Below are positions 1-9,592 of a stretch of 64,000 nucleotides of DNA, piece after piece (position 1 is the stretch's first letter; every line of letters starts with the position of its first letter). The position numbers were made by a program, and so were the translations under genes. The stretch comes from Ostreococcus lucimarinus. Taxonomy: Eukaryota. The stretch is from NCBI GenBank assembly GCA_000092065.1, contig CP000587.1. The stretch is one strand, 5' to 3'. Below the pieces are notes generated by a model that saw only the letters and a program-made list of their open reading frames with translations, made no database searches and was not told where the DNA came from.

Positions 1-612
1 CGCGAAGAAGTGGATGCGTTCTTAACGACACGAAAGTCTGAGAACCTGAGCCAGCAACTGATTCATCGCTTGATGTTGTCTCCTTCAGCCGCGCTCGCGG
101 CGGGAACAAAGTACAACGTCCCGTTGATCAACGCCTTTGTGCTCTACGTCGGCGTCCAAGCGATTCAAGCAAACCGCAGTAAGGACGCCTCGAGCGGCAT
201 CGCGCAAAGCGCTCCGATGGAGTTGTTCTCGCAACTTATCGAATCGCTCGATATGGAGGGCCGATACCTGTTCGTGAACGCTATCGCGAATCAGCTTCGG
301 TATCCGAACTGCCACACGCACTACTTCTCGTGCGTGATTCTCTTTTTGTTTTCCGAAGCCAAGTTCGCGATCATTCAAGAGCAAATCACGCGCGTTCTCC
401 TCGAACGCTTGATCGTCAATCGGCCACATCCGTGGGGTTTGTTGATCACGTTCATCGAGCTCATCAAAAATCCGCGGTACAACTTCTGGGGACACGCTTT
501 CACCAAGTGCTCGCCGGAGATCGAGCGACTCTTCGAGTCTGTCGCTCGCTCGTGCTTACCGCAACAAGACAAGGAGGGCGTCCCGAAACCTTCGCCGGTG
601 CCCGCGTCATGA
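1..612 (+). CDS. CNOT1: CCR4-NOT complex subunit 1 (CNOT1/Not1), C-terminal fragment; the gene continues upstream of the window
   Basis: Frame 1 is open from base 1. The translation ...RYPNCHTHYFSCVILFLFSEA...ITRVLLERLIVNRPHPWGLLITFIELIKNPRYNFW... is almost collinear with the conserved C-terminus of Not1/CNOT1. Stop at 610-612. The track 'M' at 10 is a GTG codon. Confidence 0.85.
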   Translation, partial: REEVDAFLTTRKSENLSQQLIHRLMLSPSAALAAGTKYNVPLINAFVLYVGVQAIQANRSKDASSGIAQSAPMELFSQLIESLDMEGRYLFVNAIANQLRYPNCHTHYFSCVILFLFSEAKFAIIQEQITRVLLERLIVNRPHPWGLLITFIELIKNPRYNFWGHAFTKCSPEIERLFESVARSCLPQQDKEGVPKPSPVPAS

Positions 613-777
613 TACCACCCTCTGTTACAACATACTCTCCCATGACCAATGAGAAACAGAAAAAGAACAAAAAAAGCTCTAGAGCTAGAAGACTCGTCGC
701 GCGTCGCCTAGGGCGTCGACGAAGTCGTCATCGGTAATTCGACGAAACATACAAAAAAATTAAATTACGTTACAACT

Positions 778-1716
778 CTAGTCTTCGCGCGCCGCGAGAG
801 ATCGCCGACGCTTCGTCGGTGACGCGTCGAGCAGATGCAACCACTTCGTCGCCGCCAACGTCGCCGCGCCGGACGAATCGACGTCGGCGTATCGAGGCGA
901 CGTCGCGACCGTCGTCAACTTTTGCGCGCAGTCGGCGTGCCATTCGTCCACGCGCGCGCTCAGAGAAGCCACCCACGCGCGACCCGCGTCGCCGTACCGC
1001 GAGATATACTTTTCTTTCACCTCCTCGGCTTCTCTACGAAGAAAATCCGCTTCGGCTTCGGCAACTTTCGCCCGACACTTGGCGCGAGCCTCCTCGAGCC
1101 TCGACTCCCGAGCGAGCTCGTCGTCGGCGTCGTCGACGAAACGCAAATCCCGCACGCCCGCCGCCCGTCGCGCCCGCGCGCACTCTCGCGCTAATTCTTT
1201 CACGCTTTCAACGTCGAATCGTCGCGAAATCGCGTTTCTCGACGCCAAGTCCACCGCGTCCAGAGCCCCTCGCAGCGCGCCTCTCGCTTCGTCGTCCTCC
1301 GCCTCCGCCTCCGCCGCCTCGTCGCGCGCCGCCTCCTCGTCGAACACCGCCACGTCGTCGTCTCCGCGCGCCGACCGCAACCGCGACGTCGATGACGCAC
1401 ACGACGTCGTCGTCGACGCCGCCGCGCCCTCCCACCCCCCGCCGTCGTCGTCGTCGAAATCCAACGCGCGCGCGACGCCTTCGCCGTCCCGTCGCGCGTC
1501 CCGCGTCGCCTTCCCCCCTACTTCCCAGATCCCGCCCGATCGCGCGCCCGCGCTGTCCAGATCCCCCGCCCACCGCCGCGCGCGTCCGTCGTCGTCGCCG
1601 TCGTCTCGCCACAGCCGAAACCGCGTCCCGCGTCCGTCGCCCGCCGTCGCCGCGCGCCCGTTCGCCTTCGCGCCCCGTCGCGTCGCGAATTCGGAGTAGT
1701 CGTCGCCCGCGTCCAT
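778..1716 (-). CDS. hypothetical protein; acidic low-complexity N-terminus, plausible coiled-coil C-terminal half
   Basis: 312-aa ORF. The C-terminal 150 aa (VESVKELARECARARRAAGVRDLRF...EVKEKYISRYGDAGRAWVASLSARVDEWHADCAQKL) is not Arg-junk-like. The N-terminus is compositionally biased. No family recognised. Confidence 0.3.
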   Translation of the reverse strand: MDAGDDYSEFATRRGAKANGRAATAGDGRGTRFRLWRDDGDDDGRARRWAGDLDSAGARSGGIWEVGGKATRDARRDGEGVARALDFDDDDGGGWEGAAASTTTSCASSTSRLRSARGDDDVAVFDEEAARDEAAEAEAEDDEARGALRGALDAVDLASRNAISRRFDVESVKELARECARARRAAGVRDLRFVDDADDELARESRLEEARAKCRAKVAEAEADFLRREAEEVKEKYISRYGDAGRAWVASLSARVDEWHADCAQKLTTVATSPRYADVDSSGAATLAATKWLHLLDASPTKRRRSLAARED

Positions 1717-1854
1717 CGCGTCGCGACGCCGGAGACGTCGACGCGTCGCGAAACGATTCGCGTCGCGTCGGCGCGTCGTCTCTGAACGCGCGCGCGTCCG
1801 TCTCTCGCCCGGCGACGCGCGACCCGTCGCGTCGACGCGGCGGTTTCAAACGCA

Positions 1855-2070
1855 TCGCGTGTCCGACCGACCAATCTATGTACAAACAGTCACGTACCAA
1901 GTATACATCAACGTCGGTTTCGAACGCTCGCGGGTCCGACCGACCGATCTATGTACAAACAGTCACGTACCAAGTATACATCAACGTCGGTGTCGAACGC
2001 GTCGCGTGTCCGACCGACCGATACCGACCGATCTATGTACAAACAGTCACGTACCAAGTATACATCAACC
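1855..2070. repeat. tandem repeat, 3 copies of a ~74-bp unit (copy 3 carries a 10-bp internal duplication), locally AT-richer
   Basis: The core atctatgtacaaacagtcacgtaccaagtatacatcaac occurs at 1874-1912, 1947-1985 and 2031-2069, each preceded by (c)gtccgaccgacc. It lies between the start of the minus ORF (1716) and the AGPase start (2434). Confidence 0.9.
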
Positions 2071-2433
2071 GCACGTACACTACTCACGAAAACGCCCATC
2101 GCGCGTAAAAGTCAAAAAAAAGCGACGCCCGCGCGGATATTTCGCGCGTCTCGACCCCCCCCCCGTCGAGTCGTGACTCGTCGTGACCCGATTTCGGGTG
2201 TCCGCGTCACCGCGTATCTCGACGGCCCGCGCGGCACACCGCGACGACGCGGCTCGACGACAGCCGACGCGCGACGCGCGCGACGCTCGACCGCGACGCG
2301 CGACGACACGGATTCGCGACCGAGGGTACGACGACGATAACGCGACCGCGCGACGGCGAATCGACGGCGCGATCGACGGCGATCGCGCGATCGATTAATC
2401 GCATCGATTCGCGTCGACGCGAGATCGAACGCG

Positions 2434-4140
2434 ATGATGACGGCGCGAGGCGCTTCGACGCGCGCGAACGGCGCGCGAACGACGCGTGGGAACGCGGGAA
2501 GGCGCGCGAGGGCGGAGGGACGACGGGGGGGGACGCGAGCGCGGAGCGCGGGGGGGCGATTCGACGCGAAGAGCGCGAACGCGACGGATTCGGAGACGAC
2601 GACGACGGCGGCGACGCGAGAGACGGTCGCGGAGGACGGTGATGGGGCGAATGAGGCGGTGCGGAGAGTGGCGGAGGATCACGTGCGGGCGATGGAGGCG
2701 CTGAAAGATGGTGGGGTGGGCGGGCGCGGGACGAGGAAGTCGAGGGAGGCGGCGTCGACGAGACGGGATTTTCGAGCGCGGGACGCGAGGTGCGTCGTGC
2801 TCGCGGGGGGGGCGGACGAGACGAATCCGTTGACGCGTGGGCGCGCGCGAAGTGCGGTGCATCTGGGGGGGGCGTATCGAGTGATTGATTTTCCTTTGAC
2901 GAATTTAATCAACTCGGGCATGCGTCAGGTGTACGTGCTGACGCAATACAACAGTCACTCGCTGGTGACGCACGTCAACCGCGCGTTCCCGATGGAGATG
3001 TTTGGAAACAACAACGAAGGGTTCGTAGAGGTGTTGCCGACGTCGCAGACGCGCGAGCACGGGGAGACGTGGTCGATGGGGAGCGCGGATTGCGTCGCGA
3101 GGCACCTCACGCACGGTTCGCTCACCAAGCATAGTTTCGACATGCGCTTGGAGGACGAGTGTTTGCAAAGACACGGATCGCTCGAAGCGTGCGCGGCGAA
3201 CCAAACCGACGGGATCACCATCGTGTTGGCCGCCGAGCAGTTGTACACGATGGACTTCAACAAGCTCTTGGAGGCGCACTTGAAGTCGGAAGCAGACGTC
3301 ACCGTCGCGACGTGCGATCAAGTCACGGCGGAGAACGCATCGAGATTGGGCATCATGGACGTCGACGAGCACACGTCGAGCATTTTATCCTTCATCGAGA
3401 AGCCTTCGGCCGATCAGTTGCTCGAGTTTATGCAGTGCTCGACGGAGAATGAGCTTCTCGAGTGCAAGCTCAACGCCAACATGGGCGTGTACGTCTTCAA
3501 CAACTCAGCCCTGGAAGAGCTTTTGAGAGATTCAAAGAATCCGGCGGAAGAACGACACGAATTCGGCAGGGACATCATTCCGCACGCGGTGAACGCGGGC
3601 TACGACGTACGTTCGTACAAGCACTCTGGTTATTGGAAGCCGCTTCGAACGCTCGCCGACATTTATGAGGCGAACATCTCAGTCGCCACCGGCGGCGACG
3701 CCGCGTCACTGATCGACTTTGATCGATTAGTGTACACGAAACCCAACTTTTTGCCGCCTAACACATTTTACGGATCTTCGTTGACCGAGCGTTCAATCAT
3801 TTCGGACGGGTGCGTCATTCGCGACGGCGCCAAAATCATCAACTCCATCGTCGGTCCGTGCACTGTGATCGACAAAAACGTCGATTTGGAAGGAGTCGTC
3901 GTGGTCGGTCGCGACGAAATCCTGAAGCGGTCCGGAGGGGACAAAGTCGCCGATATCGGCGCGAATACCATCATTCGTAAGTGCATGGTTGATTCCGACG
4001 CCGTCATCGGAGCCAACGTTCGCATTCTCAACGAGGCAGGCATTCAAGAACTCGATCGCACCGAGGATGGATACATCATCAGTGAAGGCATCGTCACCAT
4101 CCTCGGAGGCGCCGTGATCCCCGATGGGTTCACAATCTAA
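2434..4140 (+). CDS. glucose-1-phosphate adenylyltransferase (ADP-glucose pyrophosphorylase), divergent, with a long Arg/Gly-rich N-terminal extension (possible transit peptide or over-extension)
   Basis: 568-aa ORF. VVLAGGADETNPLTRGRARSAVHLGGAYRVIDFPLTNLINSGMRQVYVLTQYNSHSLVTHVNRAFP matches the AGPase N-terminal nucleotide-binding region. Left-handed beta-helix C-terminus present (SIISDGCVIRDGAKIINSIVGPCTVIDKNVDLEGVVVVG...). Stop taa at 4138-4140. Confidence 0.8.
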   Translation: MMTARGASTRANGARTTRGNAGRRARAEGRRGGTRARSAGGRFDAKSANATDSETTTTAATRETVAEDGDGANEAVRRVAEDHVRAMEALKDGGVGGRGTRKSREAASTRRDFRARDARCVVLAGGADETNPLTRGRARSAVHLGGAYRVIDFPLTNLINSGMRQVYVLTQYNSHSLVTHVNRAFPMEMFGNNNEGFVEVLPTSQTREHGETWSMGSADCVARHLTHGSLTKHSFDMRLEDECLQRHGSLEACAANQTDGITIVLAAEQLYTMDFNKLLEAHLKSEADVTVATCDQVTAENASRLGIMDVDEHTSSILSFIEKPSADQLLEFMQCSTENELLECKLNANMGVYVFNNSALEELLRDSKNPAEERHEFGRDIIPHAVNAGYDVRSYKHSGYWKPLRTLADIYEANISVATGGDAASLIDFDRLVYTKPNFLPPNTFYGSSLTERSIISDGCVIRDGAKIINSIVGPCTVIDKNVDLEGVVVVGRDEILKRSGGDKVADIGANTIIRKCMVDSDAVIGANVRILNEAGIQELDRTEDGYIISEGIVTILGGAVIPDGFTI

Positions 4141-4303
4141 ACAATAAACAGAACACAGCGCCGGGCTCAAGCCATTTTGAACCCGCCGCGAGCGAAATGA
4201 AAATAGGGACGCAGGCGGAAACCGTAGAGCGCGTCAGAATTTGTTGTACCAAACCGAAGATTATTACGCTGACGATGCACCATTACTATCATCAATACGT
4301 CGT

Positions 4304-4308
4304 TACAA
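4304..4308 (-). terminator. candidate green-algal poly(A) signal TGTAA (minus strand) ~45 nt downstream of the transporter stop
   Basis: Plus-strand ttaca at 4304-4308 is TGTAA on the minus strand. TGTAA is the usual poly(A) signal in green algae. Confidence 0.35.
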
Positions 4309-4349
4309 CGCGTCTAAGAAATACTAGTAGAAATAATTGCTAAATGGAC

Positions 4350-5435
4350 TCACAAATCCGCCGAGCCGTTGCTCGAACGCGGCGAGTCCAAGAGCTTTTC
4401 GCGCTCGACTTCGCCGTCGCTCGAAGCCGTGATTTTGCTCACATCCTCGTCTGTTTTATACTTTTGATAATACGCGAATCCCAAGACGTTCATCGCGTAT
4501 CCGACGAGCTGCACGGGCGTCGTCTTCTCGCCCATGAAGACGACGCTAAACATGATGATTGCGACGTTGCGAACTTGACCGGCGGCTTTAAACGTCAGCG
4601 ACCCGCACGTCTTGATCACCCCCAAAGTGGTCACCATTACGAGAAACCCTAACACTGACACCGCGACGAACGGCCAAGGGTTGGCGCGAACGATGGCTAA
4701 GTCTCCTCTCAACGTAATCTCTCGCTGCTCGAAAATCGCCACGCCGACGGAGAGAAAGAAGAAATTCGCGGGACACGTGTAAAACAAACCCTCCAGTAAC
4801 CCAAACCCACGATTGCCCATGAAATGTTGAAACAACACCATGCGCATCGCCTCTGCACCTTCGCCTATGATCATGAGCGACAACCCCAACACCGTAAACG
4901 TTTCCTCCGTCGCGCACGCCACCGCCATGCCGACAGTCATCGTACCCACCGCTATCACCTTCTCCTTCGTCGCCGTGTCTAGACCCACGACGACCAACAT
5001 TAAAAACACCACGCACGGCGACAGGGACTTCATCATCTGTATGAAGCTCACGCTGAGGTACAAATATAACTGATTCCCCGCCGCGAACGTCACCGCGGTG
5101 AAGAACCCGATCGGAAACACCGTCACGAGCCACTCCTTCAGCGAAAGCGTGCGCTCCAATTTCACCGAATTCGTCAACACTAAAATCGCCGCGATCATCC
5201 ACGACAGCAGCGGTCCCGTCGCGCTGACGGCGATCGGGTACGGGAAGTCGTATCTGTTCAACACCGCGTCGTTCACCAAGATGATCAGCCCGCTGCACGT
5301 CCCCCACGCGAGCAGGTACAGCGTCGCTTTGAGCGTGTACAGCGCTCGCGTCAGTTCCGCGCTCGGCGCTCGCGAGCTCGGACGCCCCGCGATCTCGCGC
5401 GCGAGCGCTTTAAGCGCCGACATGGTCGCCAACAC
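4350..5435 (-). CDS. triose-phosphate/phosphate translocator or nucleotide-sugar transporter family (TPT/DMT superfamily) membrane protein
   Basis: 361 aa with about 9 hydrophobic helices. Similar to the TPT/NST family throughout (..FPYPIAVSATGPLLSWM...MMKSLSPCVVFLM...KAAGQVRNVAIIMFSVVFMGEKTTPVQLVGYAMNVLGFAYY). Stop tga (revcomp) at 4350-4352. Confidence 0.8.
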   Translation of the reverse strand: MLATMSALKALAREIAGRPSSRAPSAELTRALYTLKATLYLLAWGTCSGLIILVNDAVLNRYDFPYPIAVSATGPLLSWMIAAILVLTNSVKLERTLSLKEWLVTVFPIGFFTAVTFAAGNQLYLYLSVSFIQMMKSLSPCVVFLMLVVVGLDTATKEKVIAVGTMTVGMAVACATEETFTVLGLSLMIIGEGAEAMRMVLFQHFMGNRGFGLLEGLFYTCPANFFFLSVGVAIFEQREITLRGDLAIVRANPWPFVAVSVLGFLVMVTTLGVIKTCGSLTFKAAGQVRNVAIIMFSVVFMGEKTTPVQLVGYAMNVLGFAYYQKYKTDEDVSKITASSDGEVEREKLLDSPRSSNGSADL

Positions 5436-5648
5436 CTCGCGTCAGCGTCAACACCCTCGGGACGACGCGAGACGATCTCGGGACGACGCTCGCGACGACG
5501 ACGACGCGCGCGACGTTCGCGCGTCTCGTCTTCGTCGCGCGTCGACGTTCGCGCGCGCGGCGCGGCGCGGCGCGAAGTGGCGCTCGCGCGTCTCCGCGGC
5601 TGCCTGAGGACTACGAATTCTACTACAAAGTCAAATCAATCGCCGCGC

Positions 5649-6059
5649 TCACGCCGCGCCGTCGCCGCCGCCGTCGTCCCGCTTTTCTACCTCGTCGTCG
5701 TCGCCCTCGTCCCTCGTTTCCTTGGCCTCGGCGTCTCTCGCCTTTTTCGTCCTCTTGGCGTCGCGAAACGCGTCCAGCGTCGCCCTGACGTCGTCCACCA
5801 GTTCGCCGAAATCGCACTCCTCGATCGCCGCCAGCACGTCCGCGTCGCTGATCGTCGAGCGCTTGTGATCGCGGCAGACGTCGTTCGCCGTGGCGGTGAG
5901 GTAGTGGATGAAGATTTTCGCGCACTCGCCGTAGGCTGTCAGGGCTTCTTTTTGAATGTTTGGTTCGAACGATTGGCCCTTGGCGTCGACGTTATCGAGC
6001 GTCGAGAGCTTGTGCTTGACGAGGCGCTTGATGTGCGCGCGGGGGAGGTCTTCGTCCAT
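5649..6059 (-). CDS. histone-fold protein of the NF-YB / DNA polymerase epsilon subunit 3 (POLE3/DPB4/CHRAC) / NC2 class, with an acidic C-terminal tail
   Basis: 136 aa. LPRAHIKRLVK...ISDADVLAAIEECDFGELV is the canonical H2B-like histone-fold signature of CBF/NF-Y-type subunits. Followed by a D/E-rich tail. Confidence 0.7.
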   Translation of the reverse strand: MDEDLPRAHIKRLVKHKLSTLDNVDAKGQSFEPNIQKEALTAYGECAKIFIHYLTATANDVCRDHKRSTISDADVLAAIEECDFGELVDDVRATLDAFRDAKRTKKARDAEAKETRDEGDDDEVEKRDDGGGDGAA

Positions 6060-6211
6060 CGCGAGCGATCGGGGCGCGGACGACGCGCGCGCGCGTGTGC
6101 GGATCGGAGGGACGGCGAAGCGCGAGGCGAAGCGCGAGGCGAGCGAAGGTTCGCGTACACGGTGCGACTGACGCGCGATTACAACGGCGAGGCGGCGAGA
6201 TCAAAAACACT

Positions 6212-7993
6212 CTACGAGTAGCGCCAATTGAAACCTTTGAGGCTGTTGCTCAGCTCGCCGACTTCCTTGGTGAGGACGTCGTTTTGCGCCTTCAAGTCGT
6301 TCACCACCTTGGCGCGCTCTTTATCGGTGGAATTGAGCGCATCGCGGAGACTGGCCTCGACGGTGTCGGGGTGTAAGTTGGCGTACCTTGCGAGCGCATC
6401 TTCGCGGCCGCCGTCGACCGCATCCACGTTGTAGTCGAAGATGTTGTCCCACTTGTTGTCCAAAAGCGCGAGCGCCGTTTTGAGCGGCGTCGCGGCGTAC
6501 AGGACGCCCGCGCGTTGTTCCACGAGACCCTCGCGAAGGAGCTTGATCATACTACCTTCGATGTCAAAGTCACAATCGACACCGAACACATTCCGCAAGA
6601 AATCTTCGCATTCGATGTCGATTTCCTTCAATGTCATGCTCTTACCTCTGACGGTGAGAATCACAAAGGCGAGCATCATTTCCTTGATCTCTTGATCCTC
6701 CATAGATTCCAAAAGGTGCATCAACATCCCTTCTTGTGCGTTCCTGCTCTTTTGAATAAGATCCTTTGCCATCATGCCGGAGTATCGCGTCCTGGCGACG
6801 TTGATGGCGGTGTACGACTGCCCGAGCTTACCGGCGCACGCGATGAGGAGCGTTTGCATCTTCTTCGTCCAAATCTCACCGGTAACAAACGCCCACAGCA
6901 AAGTGCCGATGGCGACAACGATGGCAATTCCGTTCTGGATCATTTCTTGGAGCTTGACCGAGACCGTCTTCTCCGGGAAAATCATCTCGAGGTCAGCCAT
7001 AGGAATGTCGACGTACGACTTGATGATGAGCGGGCCGCATCCAGAAGGTCCCGCTGCATCGTCGTCGAGCGGTCTCGCCATGCGATAGAGCAGCACGACT
7101 TCTTTGAAAGTTGGCTCTTGAATTTCTAACGTCGAGAATAATTTGCGAAAGAGGACGAAGATGTTCGGCATCAACCTTCGCAGCGTCAGACGTTCTATCA
7201 CAGATGCGTTTCTGTCCTCCACCGTCTTCCCGTCTCCAAACGTCTTCTTCGAATCGCTCGAATTCGCGTTCACGAAAACCGGTTGCTTCTGCCCGAGAAT
7301 TGCCAACAGTGGTTCTTTGATGAGCATGCTGAGAAGCATCTCAATCTTTTGCATGATGAACAACCCCTTCGCCTTGGCGAGGCCCGTGCCTCGCTTGAAC
7401 ACCAACGCTCTTTCGCTAAACTGCGACAACCCAGCGGCGAGCGCCGGATTCTTGCTCAAAAACGTCTTCAGCAACGCTTTATCGTGACAGGACCAATCTA
7501 CGTGCACGGGTAGCGTGAACAAAAAGTCCTCCGCGCTCGCCAACTCCCATTCCTTTTGCGTCAACAACGTGTACTCGGCGTCCGCCATCATCGTACAAAA
7601 CTGCCCCACAAAATCCACGCTCGCCGCCTCGAACGCCGTGGGGTTCAATCGCGCGCCATCGTATCCCACGCTTTTTTCTTCGCCCACCTTGACGTTCGCC
7701 AGCGCGAAATCCTTCTTCACTCGATCCCGTTTTTCCATGGCGCCGTAGTGAAACAAGCTCCGAACCATGCGAATCACGTCCCCGACCGCGCCTCGATCGC
7801 CCTCGGGAATCATCTCCAGCGCGGCGTCGCGCAAAAAGTTCATGCCGACCGGGATGTGCGCCGAGTGTTGGATTCGGATGAAGTTGTTCGTGCGTTCGCG
7901 CGCATCGCGCGACTTTGCGTCGTCGCTCGAACCCATCGCGGCGTCAATCGTCGAGGCTTCGGTCGCGCGCGTCGCGCGTGCGCGCGCGTTCAC
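6212..7993 (-). CDS. conserved hypothetical protein (593 aa) with one predicted TM segment; possibly DUF3754/TMEM143-like (weak recall)
   Basis: Long ORF with non-biased composition. Hydrophobic segment IAIVVAIGTLLWAFVTGEIW. No catalytic motif recognised. Confidence 0.5.
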   Translation of the reverse strand: MNARARATRATEASTIDAAMGSSDDAKSRDARERTNNFIRIQHSAHIPVGMNFLRDAALEMIPEGDRGAVGDVIRMVRSLFHYGAMEKRDRVKKDFALANVKVGEEKSVGYDGARLNPTAFEAASVDFVGQFCTMMADAEYTLLTQKEWELASAEDFLFTLPVHVDWSCHDKALLKTFLSKNPALAAGLSQFSERALVFKRGTGLAKAKGLFIMQKIEMLLSMLIKEPLLAILGQKQPVFVNANSSDSKKTFGDGKTVEDRNASVIERLTLRRLMPNIFVLFRKLFSTLEIQEPTFKEVVLLYRMARPLDDDAAGPSGCGPLIIKSYVDIPMADLEMIFPEKTVSVKLQEMIQNGIAIVVAIGTLLWAFVTGEIWTKKMQTLLIACAGKLGQSYTAINVARTRYSGMMAKDLIQKSRNAQEGMLMHLLESMEDQEIKEMMLAFVILTVRGKSMTLKEIDIECEDFLRNVFGVDCDFDIEGSMIKLLREGLVEQRAGVLYAATPLKTALALLDNKWDNIFDYNVDAVDGGREDALARYANLHPDTVEASLRDALNSTDKERAKVVNDLKAQNDVLTKEVGELSNSLKGFNWRYS

Positions 7994-8221
7994 GCGCGCG
8001 TGCGCGCCGCGTGCGCGCGTGCGGGCGCGTTTACGCGCGTGCGGGCGGGCGCGTGCGACGCGCGCGCGGGAGTGCGGCGCAGAGTCGTCGAGAATTGGGC
8101 GATCGCGCGTCTCGGCGACGCGCGCGGCGGTTGGCGGTTGCGCGCGGAGCGCTGCGGACGCGCGAGGCTACGGCTAATCACAACGTCCGATGGCTACGAT
8201 GACGAAGAGAGATGAGTGCGA

Positions 8222-9388
8222 TCACGTGCTGCGCCTGGCGACGTTCTTCAGACCGACGCCGACGACGGAGCAGAACACGGTGCCGCTCTCGGGCTCGGGC
8301 TGCACGTGAAAGGTGACGCCGAAGAAGGCTTTGAGCGCGCGCAAGGTTTCGATCGCTCGAGGGGTGAGCTGACCGAGACGGATTCTGGACACTTGCTCGG
8401 GACCGATGGCGAGGAGGATGAGGGCGAGGGATTGATGGGTGCTGTCGACGACGCCGCCGCGTTGGATCTCGGCGACGAGCGCCTCGGCGACGCGGCGGCC
8501 GACGTCTTCGGGCACGCGCGCCTCGGCGTCGTCGGCCCATTCTAAATCCGCCGCCTCGCTCATCGCGGACGCGCACGCCGTGGACGCGGCGTCGGCGCCG
8601 AGCACGCAACCCGTGGTGGTTTCGGCGACGAGGGATAATCCGTACCCTGGGCTCTTCCCCGCCTCCGGACCGACGTGATGGTCGGTGAAAATGTACACGT
8701 CTGGAATGAACGCGTTCAACACCCCTCTCGCAGCGTCCACCATGCGGTTTCCATTCTGCGGCGACACCTTGCACGTAAACGTCACCCCTCGCACCCGTTT
8801 CACCAAGCCCTCGTCGCACCAATCCAGCGTCGGCAGCGTTTTCACAATCGGCAACGTCAACCGCACGCGACCGCCGCCGTTCGGCGGACACCCTCGCCGT
8901 TCCACCTCCAGCGCCAATCCATCGTCCACGCCGAAGTGTTTCTTCAGCATCGGCAGCGTCACCGTCCTAAACACGTCCACGCTCACGTCCGCGTCGTCGT
9001 TCGTCACCCCCATGAGCGTCAATTCGATCGGTTTCTTCGCGAACAATCCCAACGCCAGCGTCGGCTCGACGTAATACCCGACGCCCCGGCTCGTCGCGCA
9101 CTCGTGCGTCAGCGCGCGTCCTCCCTTCACCACGCCCGGGTCGAACCGCACCGCGGTGCCGTCTTCGCTGATGTCCACGCGCGTGCCGTTCGTGAGCTTA
9201 TCGATCAGGCGCAGGAGCGAGACTTCGTAATCGCGCAGCCCGACGGCGTCGTCACCGCCGCCTCGCGCGGCGGTTTTGACGCGAATGTCGCGAATCACGC
9301 ACGGCTTACCGCTCAGGACGCTGATCAGGATGCGCGCGCGGAAGTCCTTGGCGCCGGTGAAGCGCGCGGGCGCGCGGGAGGGCGGCAT
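8222..9388 (-). CDS. RCL1: RNA 3'-terminal phosphate cyclase-like protein (RCL1/RtcA family)
   Basis: The ORF runs 8222..9556, but the conserved RtcA/RCL1 fold begins near MPPSRAPARFTGAKDFRARILISVLSGKPCVIRDIRV (ATG at 9386-9388). Similar along the whole length (..RGVGYYVEPTLALGLFAKKPIELTLMGVTN.., ..HQSLALILLAIGPEQVSRIRLGQLT..). Confidence 0.8.
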   Translation of the reverse strand: MPPSRAPARFTGAKDFRARILISVLSGKPCVIRDIRVKTAARGGGDDAVGLRDYEVSLLRLIDKLTNGTRVDISEDGTAVRFDPGVVKGGRALTHECATSRGVGYYVEPTLALGLFAKKPIELTLMGVTNDDADVSVDVFRTVTLPMLKKHFGVDDGLALEVERRGCPPNGGGRVRLTLPIVKTLPTLDWCDEGLVKRVRGVTFTCKVSPQNGNRMVDAARGVLNAFIPDVYIFTDHHVGPEAGKSPGYGLSLVAETTTGCVLGADAASTACASAMSEAADLEWADDAEARVPEDVGRRVAEALVAEIQRGGVVDSTHQSLALILLAIGPEQVSRIRLGQLTPRAIETLRALKAFFGVTFHVQPEPESGTVFCSVVGVGLKNVARRST

Positions 9389-9592
9389 CGCGCGCGCGGG
9401 CGCGGGCGCGAAGTGGCGGCTGCTCGCCCCGAGCCCGCGCTGAGCGCCGAGCGGCGACGCGGCGAACGCGAGCGAATGAAACGCGAGGAATCGCCGTCGA
9501 CGCGCGCTCGGACGCGAAAAGCGAGAAAAGAGTGAGAGATGGTGATTAAAATCCACGACGCGACCGAGCGATGATGGGAAAACGCGGAGAGG

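Noticed and set aside
10-612. The ORF-track 'M' starts taken as real initiation codons (for example 10..612 and 30851..31738).
   Set aside because: The underlying codons are gtg (positions 10-12; 31736-31738 on the minus strand). The track evidently reports GTG/TTG as M, so I re-derived starts from the first ATG and from domain boundaries.
1855-2070. CRISPR-like or introner-element reading of the 74-bp tandem repeat.
   Set aside because: The units are contiguous with no unique spacers. There are three copies in eukaryotic intergenic DNA. It is not inside an identifiable intron, so I cannot support a Micromonas-type introner element.
819-2108. Long Arg/Pro/Ser-rich ORFs overlapping real genes on other frames or strands (e.g. 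819..2108+, 1208..1900-, 12408..14030-, 13045..13944-, 28148..29254+, 33529..34479+, 38304..39137-, 53898..54881+, 54878..55837-, 60823..61623-, 61067..62044-).
   Set aside because: Their composition is dominated by cgc/gcg/ccg codons (poly-R/A/P). They lie antisense or out of frame to well-supported genes, or over GC-rich spacers. In roughly 70% GC DNA, stop codons are rare and such ORFs arise by chance.
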